From contig CBDBLV010000001.1 of assembly GCA_965207225.1 (NCBI GenBank), forward strand, positions 186,239-250,238: a DNA stretch of 64,000 nt, written 5' to 3'. This stretch comes from Dehalococcoidia bacterium (GTDB taxonomy: Bacteria; Chloroflexota; Dehalococcoidia; Plut-88900). Positions within the stretch are counted from its first letter, which is position 1, and every line of letters begins with the position of its first letter. Shown in pieces: positions 37,713 to 47,455 of this stretch. The position numbers and the translations under genes were made by a program. The notes under the pieces are model-generated. The model had not been told where the DNA came from. It ran no database searches and worked only from the letters and a program-made list of their open reading frames with translations.

Positions 37713-39377
37713 ATGAGGGTAACGCGGGCAGCAGACAACACGGCGTTCCTTCGAGGTCCCGTAGCCGGGGCCCTTGGGCAGATCATGCCCGGGGCCCCGG
37801 CCTTTGTCTGGGTCCCGGGCCTGCTCATAGCCGCAGCCCTGGCCCTTCCTCTCATCTATCTGATTCTGCGCGCCCTCGGGGCAGAGGGGGGATTGTGGGA
37901 GGTGATAGTCCGGTGGCGGACGCTGGAGATCCTCGGGCGTTCAGCCCTGCTTGCAGTGACCGTCACCTCCCTGAGTGTGGCTGTGTCTGTCCCCTTGGCA
38001 TGGCTTACCGTCCGCTCCGACCTTCCGTTCAAACGGTTCTGGTCCGTGGCGACCGCCTTGCCCCTGGTCATCCCTAGCTACCTGGGGGCCTTTGCACTAA
38101 TCGCGGCTTTTTCGCCCCGTGGCATGCTCCAGCAGCTGTTCGGAGGCTTATTCGGGCTGGAGCGCCTGCCGGACGTTCACGGCTTCTGGGGGGCTACGTT
38201 GACCCTGACCGTATTGAGCTTCCCTTACGTTCTCCTGCCCGTGCGTGCAGCCATGCGCAACCTTGACCCGGGCGTCGAGGAATCCGCGCGGGTGCTGGGG
38301 CACGGGCCCTGGTCGGTCTTCTTCCGCATCACCTTGACCCAGCTGCGTCCCGCAATCATTGCGGGGGCGCTTCTCGTGGCGCTCTACACTCTCAGCGACT
38401 TTGGCGCCGTGTCCCTTCTCCAGTACGAGACCTTCACCTGGGCTATCTATCTTCAGTTCAACTCCGCCTTCGACCGAGGCATCGCTGCAGGCCTCTCCCT
38501 GGTGCTGGTTGCGTTGGCCGTGGGCGTCCTGTTGACCGACGCCTGCACCCGAGGCAGGTCTCGATACACCAGCAAGGGCGCAGGGGGCAGCAAGCGCACC
38601 TCCCAGGTGCAACTGGGTGGCTGGCGATGGGTTGGCTTCGGGTTCTGCTCGATGGTATCCCTGTTGAGTCTCGGGGTGCCGATGGCCGTGTTGTCCTACT
38701 GGCTGGTCAGGGGCCTGGCGGCCGGTGAGCGGTTCGGGGCGGTCTGGGATGCGGCGGTGAACTCCGTCTACGCCTCGGCGCTGGCGGCGGTGGTTTGTGT
38801 GGCCGCTGCGGTGCCCGTGGCCCTGCTGAGCGTCCGATACCCCAGTCGATTCTCTTTCCTTGTCGAGAGGTTCAGCTATCTCGGGTTTGCGCTGCCGGGG
38901 GTGGTGGTGGCCCTTGCGCTGGTCTATTTTGGGGCGAACTATGCACTGCCCCTCTATCAGACCCTGGCTATGCTGGTGTTTGCCTACGCAATCCTCTTCC
39001 TTCCGCCCGCCGTGGGCGCCATCAGGGCGCAGCTTCTCCAGATCGATCCCAAGATGGAGGAAGCAGCCCGAAGCCTGGGACTATCACCTGCGAGGGTGTT
39101 CTTGACTATCACTTTGCCTCTCATCAGGAGCGGCGTGCTGGCAGGTGCGGCGCTGGTTTTCCTCATCACTATGAAAGAGCTCCCAGCGACGCTGCTGCTG
39201 GGCCCCATCGGTTTCAAGACCCTCGCCACCAGCGTATGGAGCGCGTCCGAGGCGGCATTCTTTGCAAGAGCCGCGCTGCCGGCCCTGTTGCTGGTGCTGC
39301 TGTCTTCGGTGCCGATGGCGGTCCTGGTGCTGGCTGACGGCGGAGGCGACCGGACTCTTCAGCGAGTCAGGAAGTGA
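37713..39377 (+). CDS. Fe3+ ABC permease (FbpB-like)
   Basis: Duplicated EAA motifs (EESARVLG, EEAARSLG), KELPAT. Confidence 0.92.
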   Translation: MRVTRAADNTAFLRGPVAGALGQIMPGAPAFVWVPGLLIAAALALPLIYLILRALGAEGGLWEVIVRWRTLEILGRSALLAVTVTSLSVAVSVPLAWLTVRSDLPFKRFWSVATALPLVIPSYLGAFALIAAFSPRGMLQQLFGGLFGLERLPDVHGFWGATLTLTVLSFPYVLLPVRAAMRNLDPGVEESARVLGHGPWSVFFRITLTQLRPAIIAGALLVALYTLSDFGAVSLLQYETFTWAIYLQFNSAFDRGIAAGLSLVLVALAVGVLLTDACTRGRSRYTSKGAGGSKRTSQVQLGGWRWVGFGFCSMVSLLSLGVPMAVLSYWLVRGLAAGERFGAVWDAAVNSVYASALAAVVCVAAAVPVALLSVRYPSRFSFLVERFSYLGFALPGVVVALALVYFGANYALPLYQTLAMLVFAYAILFLPPAVGAIRAQLLQIDPKMEEAARSLGLSPARVFLTITLPLIRSGVLAGAALVFLITMKELPATLLLGPIGFKTLATSVWSASEAAFFARAALPALLLVLLSSVPMAVLVLADGGGDRTLQRVRK

Positions 39378-39429
39378 CAGCCGTACCGTCTTCCCCGAGT
39401 TGATATGTAGGGCGTGGGCGTGAGAAACT

Positions 39430-40581
39430 TTGGCTGTCCGTAGCGAAAGGACGCCATCGGTTTTGGCCTCGAATTCCCACACATCGCTTTCGGTAGTAGA
39501 GCTCAAGCAGGCATCTAAGACCTATCCGGGCACCTCTTTTCCTGCTGTCAACGACCTTTCCTTTTGCCTTAAGGAAGGCGAGATCATTTCCATCCTGGGC
39601 CCGAGCGGCTGCGGAAAGACGACTATCCTCCGCCTGATCGCCGGTTTCGAGGTCCCTGATAATGGTGAAGTCTTCCTGCGGAACACCCGGGCCTCCGGGA
39701 ACGGATCTCATGTTCCTCCCGAGAAACGGGGCGTGGCAATGGTTTTCCAGGACTACGCTCTTTTTCCTCATCTTTCGGTCTCGAAGAATATCGGATTTGG
39801 ACTCAGGAGGATGAAGGCCTCGGACAGGAAGCGAAGGGTCGAGGAGGTGCTGGATACCATAGAGATGACGGGTATGGGGCACCGGTATCCCCACCAGATA
39901 TCTGGTGGGCAGCAGCAGAGGGTCGCATTGGGTCGGGCGTTGGCCCCTCGGCCGGTGGTGGTGCTTCTGGACGAGCCCTTCAGCAACCTGGACGCGGCAA
40001 TGAGAGGCCAGATGCGTCGGGAGGTGCAGGCGATCCTGCGCCGGGAGGGGGCCACGGCGATCCTTGTCACCCATGACCAGCAGGAGGCGCTCTCATTCGC
40101 CGACAGGGTGGCTGTTATGAATCGGGGAAGGCTGGAGCAGATCGGGACCCCGGAGGAGATCTTCCGGGAGCCGGCCACCTCCTTTGTTGCCACCTTCGTG
40201 GGGCATGCCAGTTTTATTCCGGGCGACGTTGATGGGGAAGAGATCGAGACCGAGATTGGCCGCTTCGCCCACAATGGAGACCTGTCGCTTACCGAAGTCG
40301 TGGTCATGATCAGGCCCGACGATGTGAAACTGACGCCCGACCCCCAGGGCCAGGGGACTGTAATGTCCAGGGAGTTCCACGGGTCACGGAACTTCTATTT
40401 CATCGAGCTGGACTCGGGGGTAACGGTGAGGAGCAGGCAGCGCTCGGGGACTATCTATGCGCCGGGGCTAAAGGTGAAGGTCGAGCCGAAGAAGTCGGCG
40501 GACCCGGTGGTGTTTCCTAAAGACCAGCCGGGGCTCAAACCCAGGGATGTGCCGCCCCCGTCCTCGGCTCCGGGCTTCTGA
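39430..40581 (+). CDS. Fe3+ ABC ATPase (FbpC-like, TOBE)
   Basis: GPSGCGKT, ISGGQQQR, LLDEP, VTHD. Confidence 0.92.
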   Translation: MAVRSERTPSVLASNSHTSLSVVELKQASKTYPGTSFPAVNDLSFCLKEGEIISILGPSGCGKTTILRLIAGFEVPDNGEVFLRNTRASGNGSHVPPEKRGVAMVFQDYALFPHLSVSKNIGFGLRRMKASDRKRRVEEVLDTIEMTGMGHRYPHQISGGQQQRVALGRALAPRPVVVLLDEPFSNLDAAMRGQMRREVQAILRREGATAILVTHDQQEALSFADRVAVMNRGRLEQIGTPEEIFREPATSFVATFVGHASFIPGDVDGEEIETEIGRFAHNGDLSLTEVVVMIRPDDVKLTPDPQGQGTVMSREFHGSRNFYFIELDSGVTVRSRQRSGTIYAPGLKVKVEPKKSADPVVFPKDQPGLKPRDVPPPSSAPGF

Positions 40582-40612
40582 TTCTCACCTTGTGTCGGCT
40601 GCAAAGAAAGTC

Positions 40613-41293
40613 ATGCCCGATAGCGAGCCCGTCATAGCCATAGACGGCCCTGCCGCCGTGGGTAAAACGACCGTCGGGAGGATGTTGGCCCAGCGCATGG
40701 GATGCCTGTTCGTGGATACCGGGGTGATGTACAGGGCGGTAACGGCAAGAGCCATTGAAGAAGGCATGGACATGGAAGATGAGGATGCGGTCACAGGCCT
40801 CGCGGAGTCGATTGGTATCCGTATAGTGGGCGATCGTGGGCCCGACTCCCAGAGGGTCTTGGTGGACGGGCAGGACGTGACGGACAAGGTCCGGACCCAA
40901 ACCGTGGACAGGAATGTCTCTGCCGTCTCCAGCTATGAGGGTGTTCGGGATGCGATGGTCGCCCAGCAACGGGAGATGGCATCGGAGGGCGGGGTGGTGA
41001 TGGTCGGGCGGGACATTGGGACCGTGGTACTGCCGGATGCCGGGCTGAAGATCTATCTCATCGCTTCCCTTCAGGCCCGGGCGCGACGCAGGCATACGGA
41101 ACTGGAGGCCAAGGGCTCCGAAGTCGCCCTGGAGGATACACTGGAAGACATGGAGCGTCGGGACAGGATAGACTCCGAGAGGGAGCATTCGCCCATGAAG
41201 CCCGCGTTGGATGCGATACTCGTTGACACGTCCCACTTCACCGCTGCCCAGGTAGTGGATCGCATCGTGGAGCTATGGCGGACAGTAAGCTGA
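40613..41293 (+). CDS. cmk: Cytidylate kinase
   Basis: IAIDGPAAVGKTT, DTGVMYRA, GRDIGTVV. Confidence 0.96.
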   Translation: MPDSEPVIAIDGPAAVGKTTVGRMLAQRMGCLFVDTGVMYRAVTARAIEEGMDMEDEDAVTGLAESIGIRIVGDRGPDSQRVLVDGQDVTDKVRTQTVDRNVSAVSSYEGVRDAMVAQQREMASEGGVVMVGRDIGTVVLPDAGLKIYLIASLQARARRRHTELEAKGSEVALEDTLEDMERRDRIDSEREHSPMKPALDAILVDTSHFTAAQVVDRIVELWRTVS

Positions 41294-41306
41294 CGGACTT
41301 GGAAGC

Positions 41307-43151
41307 ATGTGTGGCATCGTAGGATATGTAGGCGCCCGACCCGCCGCCCCCATACTCTTCGACGCACTGCGACGTCTCGAATATCGGGGTTACGACAGCT
41401 CCGGGATAGCCGTGATCAACGGCACGGGCAAGGCGGTGGTGGAGAGGAGCGCAGGGAAGCTGTCGGCCCTTGTGGAGAGCGTGGGAGACCGGATGCCGGA
41501 GGGTTCGACGGGGCTGGGACACACCCGCTGGGCCACCCACGGCAGACCCACGTCCGGCAACGCCCACCCCCACTCCGACTGCACCGGCAAGTATCTTGTT
41601 GTCCATAACGGCATCGTCGAGAATTACCGTGAGCTGAAGATACGGCTGGTGGAGTCGGGCCACGAGTTCACCTCGGACACCGACTCCGAGGTGATAGCGC
41701 ACCTAGTAGAGGACAAGCGGGCCTCGGGGTTGGGGTTGCAGCAGGCAGTTGCCGGGAGCCTTGACCGGCTTGAAGGTGCATTCTCCGTCGCAGTGGTGGC
41801 GGCGGACGAGCCTGGCAAGATAGTGGCCGGGAGGGTGGGGAATGGGGGAGGCATAGTGGTCGGCTACGGTCAGGATGAGATGTTCCTTGCCAGCGACCTT
41901 CCGGCAATCTCCCCCTACGCCCGAGACGCGGTCTACCTCAAGACCGGCGAACTGGCCGTAATGGACGCCTCCGGCGCACGATACTTTGACAGGGAAGGCG
42001 CGCCCATAGCCCGGGCCCCGGCGCCTGTAGTTGTCGGTGACGTCGCCTTTGCCAAGGGCGGATACAAGCACTTCATGCTCAAGGAGATCATGGAGCAGCC
42101 CGAGTCGGTGACCAACCTGCTCAGGGGCCGCATCAGCTTCGACCCCGCGGATATCCTGCTCCCGGAACTCGCGGGGCTCGATGACAAGCTGACTGACATA
42201 GACCGAGTGATCATCATAGGTATGGGGACGAGCCTGCATGCGGGAGCCGTCGGGAGCCGGATGTTCGAGGCCCTGGCACGGCTCCCCGCCACCGCCGAAA
42301 ACGCCTCCGAGTTTCGCTACCGGGACCCGGTCATAGATTCATCGACGCTGGTGATTGCGGTGTCCCAGTCCGGCGAAACCGTCGACACCCTCGCTGCGAT
42401 GGAAGAGGCCCGGGAACGCGGGGCTTGCCTGATGGCCGTGACCAACAGTGAACACAGCCAGGCGTCGGTACTGGCGGACTGGTCGCTGGACATAAGGGCC
42501 GGGCTTGAGATAGGGGTGGCAAGCACGAAATGCCTGACCAATTCCATATTGGCGCTGTATCTGGTAGCCTGTTACGCGGGTCGGGCCCGGGGCCTGGTTT
42601 CCGGCGAACAAGTCACTGAAATAGTTGACAACCTGGCCAGCGTCCCCAGCCTCGTGAGCCGCAGCCTGGAAACCGACGCCGCAGTACAAAAGCTTGCCCG
42701 AAACCATTACCGGACCGACAACTACCTCTTTCTTGGGAGGGGGATAAGCTATCCGGTCGCCATGGAAGGCGCACTCAAGCTCAAAGAAGTCAGCTACTGC
42801 CACGCCGAGGGCTATCAGGCAGGCGAGATGAAGCACGGGCCCATAGCCCTGATCGATGAAGACATGCCCGTGGTGGCGCTGGCCCTGCAGGACGCCCTGT
42901 ACCCCAAGATGGTGAGCAACATAGAGGAAGTGAAGGCGAGGAACGGAAAAGTCATCGCCATCGCCACCGAAGCTGACGAGACCATCTCATCCATCGCCGA
43001 CCACGTTGTCCGCGTACCTCCCGCCCCCGACCTGCTTTCCCCTCTGGTGTCGGTGATTCCCCTTCAGTTGTTCGCTTATCATGTGGCCGTGACCCGGGGC
43101 TGCGATGTTGACCAGCCCAGGAACCTGGCCAAATCCGTAACCGTCGAATAA
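41307..43151 (+). CDS. glmS: Glutamine-fructose-6-phosphate aminotransferase
   Basis: MCGIVG, HTRWATHG, SQSGET, PRNLAKSVTVE. Confidence 0.98.
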   Translation: MCGIVGYVGARPAAPILFDALRRLEYRGYDSSGIAVINGTGKAVVERSAGKLSALVESVGDRMPEGSTGLGHTRWATHGRPTSGNAHPHSDCTGKYLVVHNGIVENYRELKIRLVESGHEFTSDTDSEVIAHLVEDKRASGLGLQQAVAGSLDRLEGAFSVAVVAADEPGKIVAGRVGNGGGIVVGYGQDEMFLASDLPAISPYARDAVYLKTGELAVMDASGARYFDREGAPIARAPAPVVVGDVAFAKGGYKHFMLKEIMEQPESVTNLLRGRISFDPADILLPELAGLDDKLTDIDRVIIIGMGTSLHAGAVGSRMFEALARLPATAENASEFRYRDPVIDSSTLVIAVSQSGETVDTLAAMEEARERGACLMAVTNSEHSQASVLADWSLDIRAGLEIGVASTKCLTNSILALYLVACYAGRARGLVSGEQVTEIVDNLASVPSLVSRSLETDAAVQKLARNHYRTDNYLFLGRGISYPVAMEGALKLKEVSYCHAEGYQAGEMKHGPIALIDEDMPVVALALQDALYPKMVSNIEEVKARNGKVIAIATEADETISSIADHVVRVPPAPDLLSPLVSVIPLQLFAYHVAVTRGCDVDQPRNLAKSVTVE

Positions 43152-43163
43152 GGAGACCCCTGA

Positions 43164-43379
43164 ATGGACATATCCAAGTTCGGAATCTACCTGAACCCCA
43201 GGGAAAAGACAGTCGTTAGGATCAACTCTCCCTACTGGATCCCCCCCGCCGAGGAATGGACATACCTGACCCCCGAGGTGAACATGACCCTGCTCAAGAT
43301 AAGGGACCTGGCCCGGGACAAGGGCCTGAGCGACTCCCCCGACGAGATCATGTGGACCACCATTCCCCTCCTCGATTAG
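43164..43379 (+). CDS. Hypothetical protein, 71 aa
   Basis: AAGGAG RBS directly after glmS; plausible composition. Confidence 0.7.
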   Translation: MDISKFGIYLNPREKTVVRINSPYWIPPAEEWTYLTPEVNMTLLKIRDLARDKGLSDSPDEIMWTTIPLLD

Positions 43380-43430
43380 ATCCGCAGCCTTCATATCGGA
43401 GCATGAGAACGGCGCATTGAGTAACACCAA

Positions 43431-43814
43431 TTGAGGCCGACAGGCGCCCCCGAGCGTTTATGCCCTCGCTGCAAGTCCGGGGAATTCCGGCGGGGATTCA
43501 GTACGGTGACGGGCTACTGGGCAGGACAGCTTATCGTGCCGGTGATATGTTCACGGTGCTATTACAACGTAGGGTTTGGGATCGAGTCGGCGCTTCCGAG
43601 ATTCGAGCCTGCATCCGGAGGCACCACGCAGGCGGCCGGAAGGTCGCACTCGCCGGGGACGACGTATGTTGAAGGGCGGGGCCGGGTGTGGGGCGAGGAG
43701 CGCAGCGGGAGCTGCGTCCGCCTGGGTGCCATGCGGGACTGGGTGGTGCTGGGGGCGGCGGCAGCTATAGTAATCGTTATTTTCCTGGGTTACCGGGCCA
43801 TCGGCGCAGGATAG
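43431..43814 (+). CDS. Hypothetical zinc-ribbon protein with C-terminal TM
   Basis: CPRC...CSRC and terminal hydrophobic helix. Confidence 0.5.
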   Translation: MRPTGAPERLCPRCKSGEFRRGFSTVTGYWAGQLIVPVICSRCYYNVGFGIESALPRFEPASGGTTQAAGRSHSPGTTYVEGRGRVWGEERSGSCVRLGAMRDWVVLGAAAAIVIVIFLGYRAIGAG

Positions 43815-43831
43815 ACGGAGGGCACAGCAAT

Positions 43832-45391
43832 ATGACCCAAACACCGTTGCCGGACCGACTCCAGCAGGAAAACAGGGACGCCATCAACCGCTTGAGCGAA
43901 AGGGCGTCCTATCTCTCTCCCGAGGCCCTCTGGGAAAATGCGGTGCGGAACGAGGAAGGTGTTGTGGGGCGGGGTGGTGTCCTTGTGGTCAACACCGGCA
44001 GGTATACGGGCCGTTCTCCGAAGGACAAGTTCATCGTGAGGGAGCCCTCCTCGCAGGACGATATCTGGTGGGGCCCGATAAACAGCTCGATGGAGCAGGA
44101 GACCTTCAGTGCGCTGCTGGGTCGGGTGCTGGGGCATCTGAGGACCAGGGACCTGTACATGCGAGACTGCTGGATCGGCGCCGACCCCCGATACCGCCGT
44201 CGGCTCCGGGTCATTACTGAAAGCGCCTGGCACAACCTCTTCGCAGCCAATATGTTTCTGCCCATGCCCCGGGAGGAAGTGGGGGTTGGCGACGCGGACT
44301 TCACATTCATCCATGCGCCGGGCTTCATGGCCGACCCCGACCGGGACGGCACCAACTCCGAGGCCTTCATAGTCATCGACTTCGGCCAGCGCATCGTGCT
44401 GATAGGTGGGACCAGCTATGCCGGAGAGATCAAGAAGTCCGCGTTTACGGTGATGAACTACCTGCTCCCGAAACAGGGCGTGCTCCCGATGCACTGCTCC
44501 GCCAACTCGGGGCCCGAGGGCGACGTGGCCCTGTTCTTCGGCCTTTCGGGGACGGGGAAGACCACGCTCTCCGCGACCTCGGACAGGACGCTTATCGGGG
44601 ACGACGAGCACGGCTGGAGCGATGGGTCGGTGTTCAACTTCGAAGGCGGGTGTTACGCAAAGGTTATCAGGCTGTCCGAAGAGGCCGAACCGGAAATCTA
44701 TGCCACCACCCGGATGTTCGGCACCATTCTTGAGAACGTGACCATTGATCTGAATACCCGGGCCCTGGACCTGGACGACGACTCCGTGACGGAGAACACA
44801 CGAGGCTCCTACCCCCTTTCGAGCATCCCCAACGCCGACCCCGAGGGAGTCGGGGCGCCGCCGAGGAACATCTTCTTCCTGACCGCCGACGCCTTCGGCA
44901 TCATCCCTCCCATCTCCCGCCTCACGCCTGAACAGACCCAGTACCACTTCCTATCCGGCTACACCGCCAAGGTGGCGGGGACGGAGAGGGGGATCGTCGA
45001 GCCGGTGGCGACCTTCAGCCCATGCTTCGGGGCGCCCTTCATGCCCATGCGGCCCCGGGTGTACGCGGACATGCTGGCCCGCAAGCTGCAGGGCGCGGAG
45101 GTCAACGTGTGGCTGGTGAACACCGGCTGGACGGGCGGGCCCTACGGCGTGGGCCACCGGATGAGGATCGAGTACACGCGGGCGATGGTGAGGGCGGCTC
45201 TGGACGGGTCGCTGGACCGCATTTCGACCGTGACCGACCCGGTGTTCGGGTTGCAGGTCCCGGTGGGCTGTCCGGGAGTCCCCGCCCAGGCGCTGAGGCC
45301 CCGGGACTCGTGGGAAGACGCTGATGAGTATGACAGGCAGGCGCAAAAGCTCCTGGCCATGTTCAACGACAACTACCGGAAGTTCGGGTAG
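43832..45391 (+). CDS. pckA: PEP carboxykinase (ATP)
   Basis: TGRSPKDK, YAGEIKK, GLSGTGKTT, IGDDEHGW, NTGW. Confidence 0.97.
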   Translation: MTQTPLPDRLQQENRDAINRLSERASYLSPEALWENAVRNEEGVVGRGGVLVVNTGRYTGRSPKDKFIVREPSSQDDIWWGPINSSMEQETFSALLGRVLGHLRTRDLYMRDCWIGADPRYRRRLRVITESAWHNLFAANMFLPMPREEVGVGDADFTFIHAPGFMADPDRDGTNSEAFIVIDFGQRIVLIGGTSYAGEIKKSAFTVMNYLLPKQGVLPMHCSANSGPEGDVALFFGLSGTGKTTLSATSDRTLIGDDEHGWSDGSVFNFEGGCYAKVIRLSEEAEPEIYATTRMFGTILENVTIDLNTRALDLDDDSVTENTRGSYPLSSIPNADPEGVGAPPRNIFFLTADAFGIIPPISRLTPEQTQYHFLSGYTAKVAGTERGIVEPVATFSPCFGAPFMPMRPRVYADMLARKLQGAEVNVWLVNTGWTGGPYGVGHRMRIEYTRAMVRAALDGSLDRISTVTDPVFGLQVPVGCPGVPAQALRPRDSWEDADEYDRQAQKLLAMFNDNYRKFG

Positions 45392-45436
45392 GCGCAGTGG
45401 CGTTCGGGGCGAGATGAACATGCGGGTCCGGCGCTG

Positions 45437-46339
45437 ATGGGCCAACTGCTTCCCCTCCTGGCCGCAATGCGACCCAGGCAGTGGACGAAGAACTTCGTCG
45501 TTCTGCTGCCTCTGGCCTTCACCATCAACCTGTCCTGGGACCCGGGTGACGCCGACCAGGTGCTCGAAGTCGTTGGCTACACTGCGGCGGCGTTCGGGCT
45601 GTTCTGTCTGCTCTCATCGGCGGTCTACCTGGTCAATGATTTGGTGGACGCAGAGCGGGACCGCCTGCACCCGAGAAAGGCGGGGAGGGGGGTGGCGTCG
45701 GGACGGGTGTCCAGGTGGGTGGCCGGGTCTGCGGCGGTGGTGTTCGTCGGGGCGGCACTGGCCCTGGGTTTTCTCCTGGAGGTCAGCTACGGCTGGGCGC
45801 AGGTTGCGTATATCGGCATATCAACTGTTTACATAATCGCACTCCGGCAAGTGGTGATACTGGATGTCTTCGGCATATCCGCCGGCTTCGTAGTTCGGGC
45901 GGCGGCAGGGGCGCTGGTCATCTCCGCCGAGCCGTCGCCGTGGCTTTACATATGCACGGGCCTGGGGGCGCTGTTCATCGGGTTTGCCAAGCGGAGGCAG
46001 GAGCTGCTGACGCTGGAGGACGACGGCGCCGGGCACCGGGCCAGCCTGGGCTTCTACTCTATCCCGATGCTCGACCAGCTGATAACGATGCTCATGGCGG
46101 CGACCCTCATCGCGTATATCCTCTACACCTTCACGGCCGACAACCTGCCGCCCAACGATGCGATGATGTTCACCATCCCCTTCGTGGTTTTCGGGATAGC
46201 CCGGTACTTCTACCTCATCCACGCTAAGCAGGCGGGGGGCAGCCCGGAGGATATCCTGATCAGGGACGTCCCGATACTGCTCACGGTGGTGGGATGGGTC
46301 GCCGCCACGGTGGGGATACTGCTGGCGTACCGGGGGTAA
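45437..46339 (+). CDS. UbiA-family prenyl-phosphate phosphoribosyltransferase
   Basis: RPRQWTKN, NDLVD..RDRLHP.K, KRRQE. Confidence 0.9.
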   Translation: MGQLLPLLAAMRPRQWTKNFVVLLPLAFTINLSWDPGDADQVLEVVGYTAAAFGLFCLLSSAVYLVNDLVDAERDRLHPRKAGRGVASGRVSRWVAGSAAVVFVGAALALGFLLEVSYGWAQVAYIGISTVYIIALRQVVILDVFGISAGFVVRAAAGALVISAEPSPWLYICTGLGALFIGFAKRRQELLTLEDDGAGHRASLGFYSIPMLDQLITMLMAATLIAYILYTFTADNLPPNDAMMFTIPFVVFGIARYFYLIHAKQAGGSPEDILIRDVPILLTVVGWVAATVGILLAYRG

Positions 46340-46374
46340 ATGCCCGCCCGTGGAGCGGGGGGTATCCCCTCCTT

Positions 46375-46666
46375 GTAGGGGCGATCGACTGGTCGCCCTC
46401 CCAGGGCGGAGGGGCCGCTCATGCTGAGGCCACTCGAAGTATGAGCGGGGGGAGGCCCACGCAATTCTCATCCGTCGCGCCCTTCCACCCCCCCCACCCA
46501 GAACATTTGACTTCTTAGCACCCCCATTCTATAATCTCCCCCAGACCCGGATCCCGACCCGCCGCATCGCCGAAAAAACTGAACTGCCGAACCGGCCGAA
46601 AGGACTGCCGTATGACCAACAAGTCCCCTGTACTCTCCCCTGTAGGGGTGCCCCTCGTGGGTACCC
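46375..46666 (+). repeat. Two GTAG-led REP-like hairpins
   Basis: GTAG-GGGCGA..TCGCCC (46375-46398); GTAG-GGGTGCCC..GGGTACCC (46642-46666). Confidence 0.55.
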
Positions 46667-46845
46667 TGGGCGCCACCCAGGCGAAGACCCCACAAAACCC
46701 GCAACCAAACCTCTTGACACATAACGCACAATAGTGCTATCATACCTGCCGACCGACCCGGGCCCCGACCCCTCGGACCCGCTGCATCGCCGAAACAAAC
46801 TGAATTGCCGAACTGGCTGAAAGGACTGCCGAATGAGCAGAAAGA
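46507..46845 (+). promoter_or_regulatory. Tandemly duplicated promoter-leader-RBS unit
   Basis: TTGACT-17-TATAAT (46507-46535) and TTGACA-18-TATCAT (46714-46743), each followed by near-identical GCATCGCCGAAA...GAAAGGACTGCCG-N-ATG leader (ATG 46612, 46833). Confidence 0.8.
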
Positions 46846-47237
46846 CCCGTACCCCCTCCCAACCCCCGCGCCCCGAGTCCAAAGAACCCCAGGGCAACCA
46901 GACCCAAAAGCCCGGCGCCCCGGACGACTCCCCCAACCCCAACCAGAGCCCCGGAATCACGGGCGAAAGGACCTTCGAGTCCCGAAGCGCCCCCGGCCTG
47001 GACAGAGAGATATCCATGCTCCGCGGCCGTCTCCGAAAGTTCATCAAGGCCAAGAAGGTCCGCAACAGAGACGCCCAACTGACTAAGACCCTCGATCTCC
47101 TGATTCGCGCCCTCGCCGCCAAGGCTCGCCTCTACCCTGGCTCCTCCGCACCCACCGAGGAGAGCATCGAGAATATGCTCAAAGGAGCCTCCGAAAAGTT
47201 CGGCCTCAAGATAATCCCATGGGAATCAAACTGCTAA
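46833..47237 (+). CDS. Putative terminase small-subunit-like protein
   Basis: AAAGGA RBS; helical GLDREISMLRGRLR core; position ahead of TerL (function inferred). Confidence 0.5.
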   Translation: MSRKTRTPSQPPRPESKEPQGNQTQKPGAPDDSPNPNQSPGITGERTFESRSAPGLDREISMLRGRLRKFIKAKKVRNRDAQLTKTLDLLIRALAAKARLYPGSSAPTEESIENMLKGASEKFGLKIIPWESNC

Positions 47238-47455
47238 TCAACATCATGAACATCCTCCAACGTAAACCCCACACCGCCCCGCCCCCGGCCATCAAGCCCG
47301 AGTCCACCTTTGACGCCGTCCTCGAAATGCGCCTCGCAGAGCTCCAACGGCATGTCGCCGAGATCAAGGGCCGCATCAACACCCTCTTCTTCTTTGTCAT
47401 GATCGCCGCCATCCTCCAGTTCGTCTTCGGCATCACCGGTGTCACCCCTTGGTAG
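47219..47455 (+). CDS. Small coiled-coil protein with C-terminal TM anchor
   Basis: RLAELQRHVAEIKGRINTL then hydrophobic tail; overlaps both neighbours. Confidence 0.65.
   Translation: MGIKLLINIMNILQRKPHTAPPPAIKPESTFDAVLEMRLAELQRHVAEIKGRINTLFFFVMIAAILQFVFGITGVTPW

Noticed and set aside
41290-41310. glmS ribozyme
   Set aside because: Only 13 bp between cmk and glmS
46555-46845. CRISPR array or c-di-AMP riboswitch in the repeated leader
   Set aside because: Only two ~65-bp copies, each tied to promoter and RBS; no cas genes; ydaO core not complete
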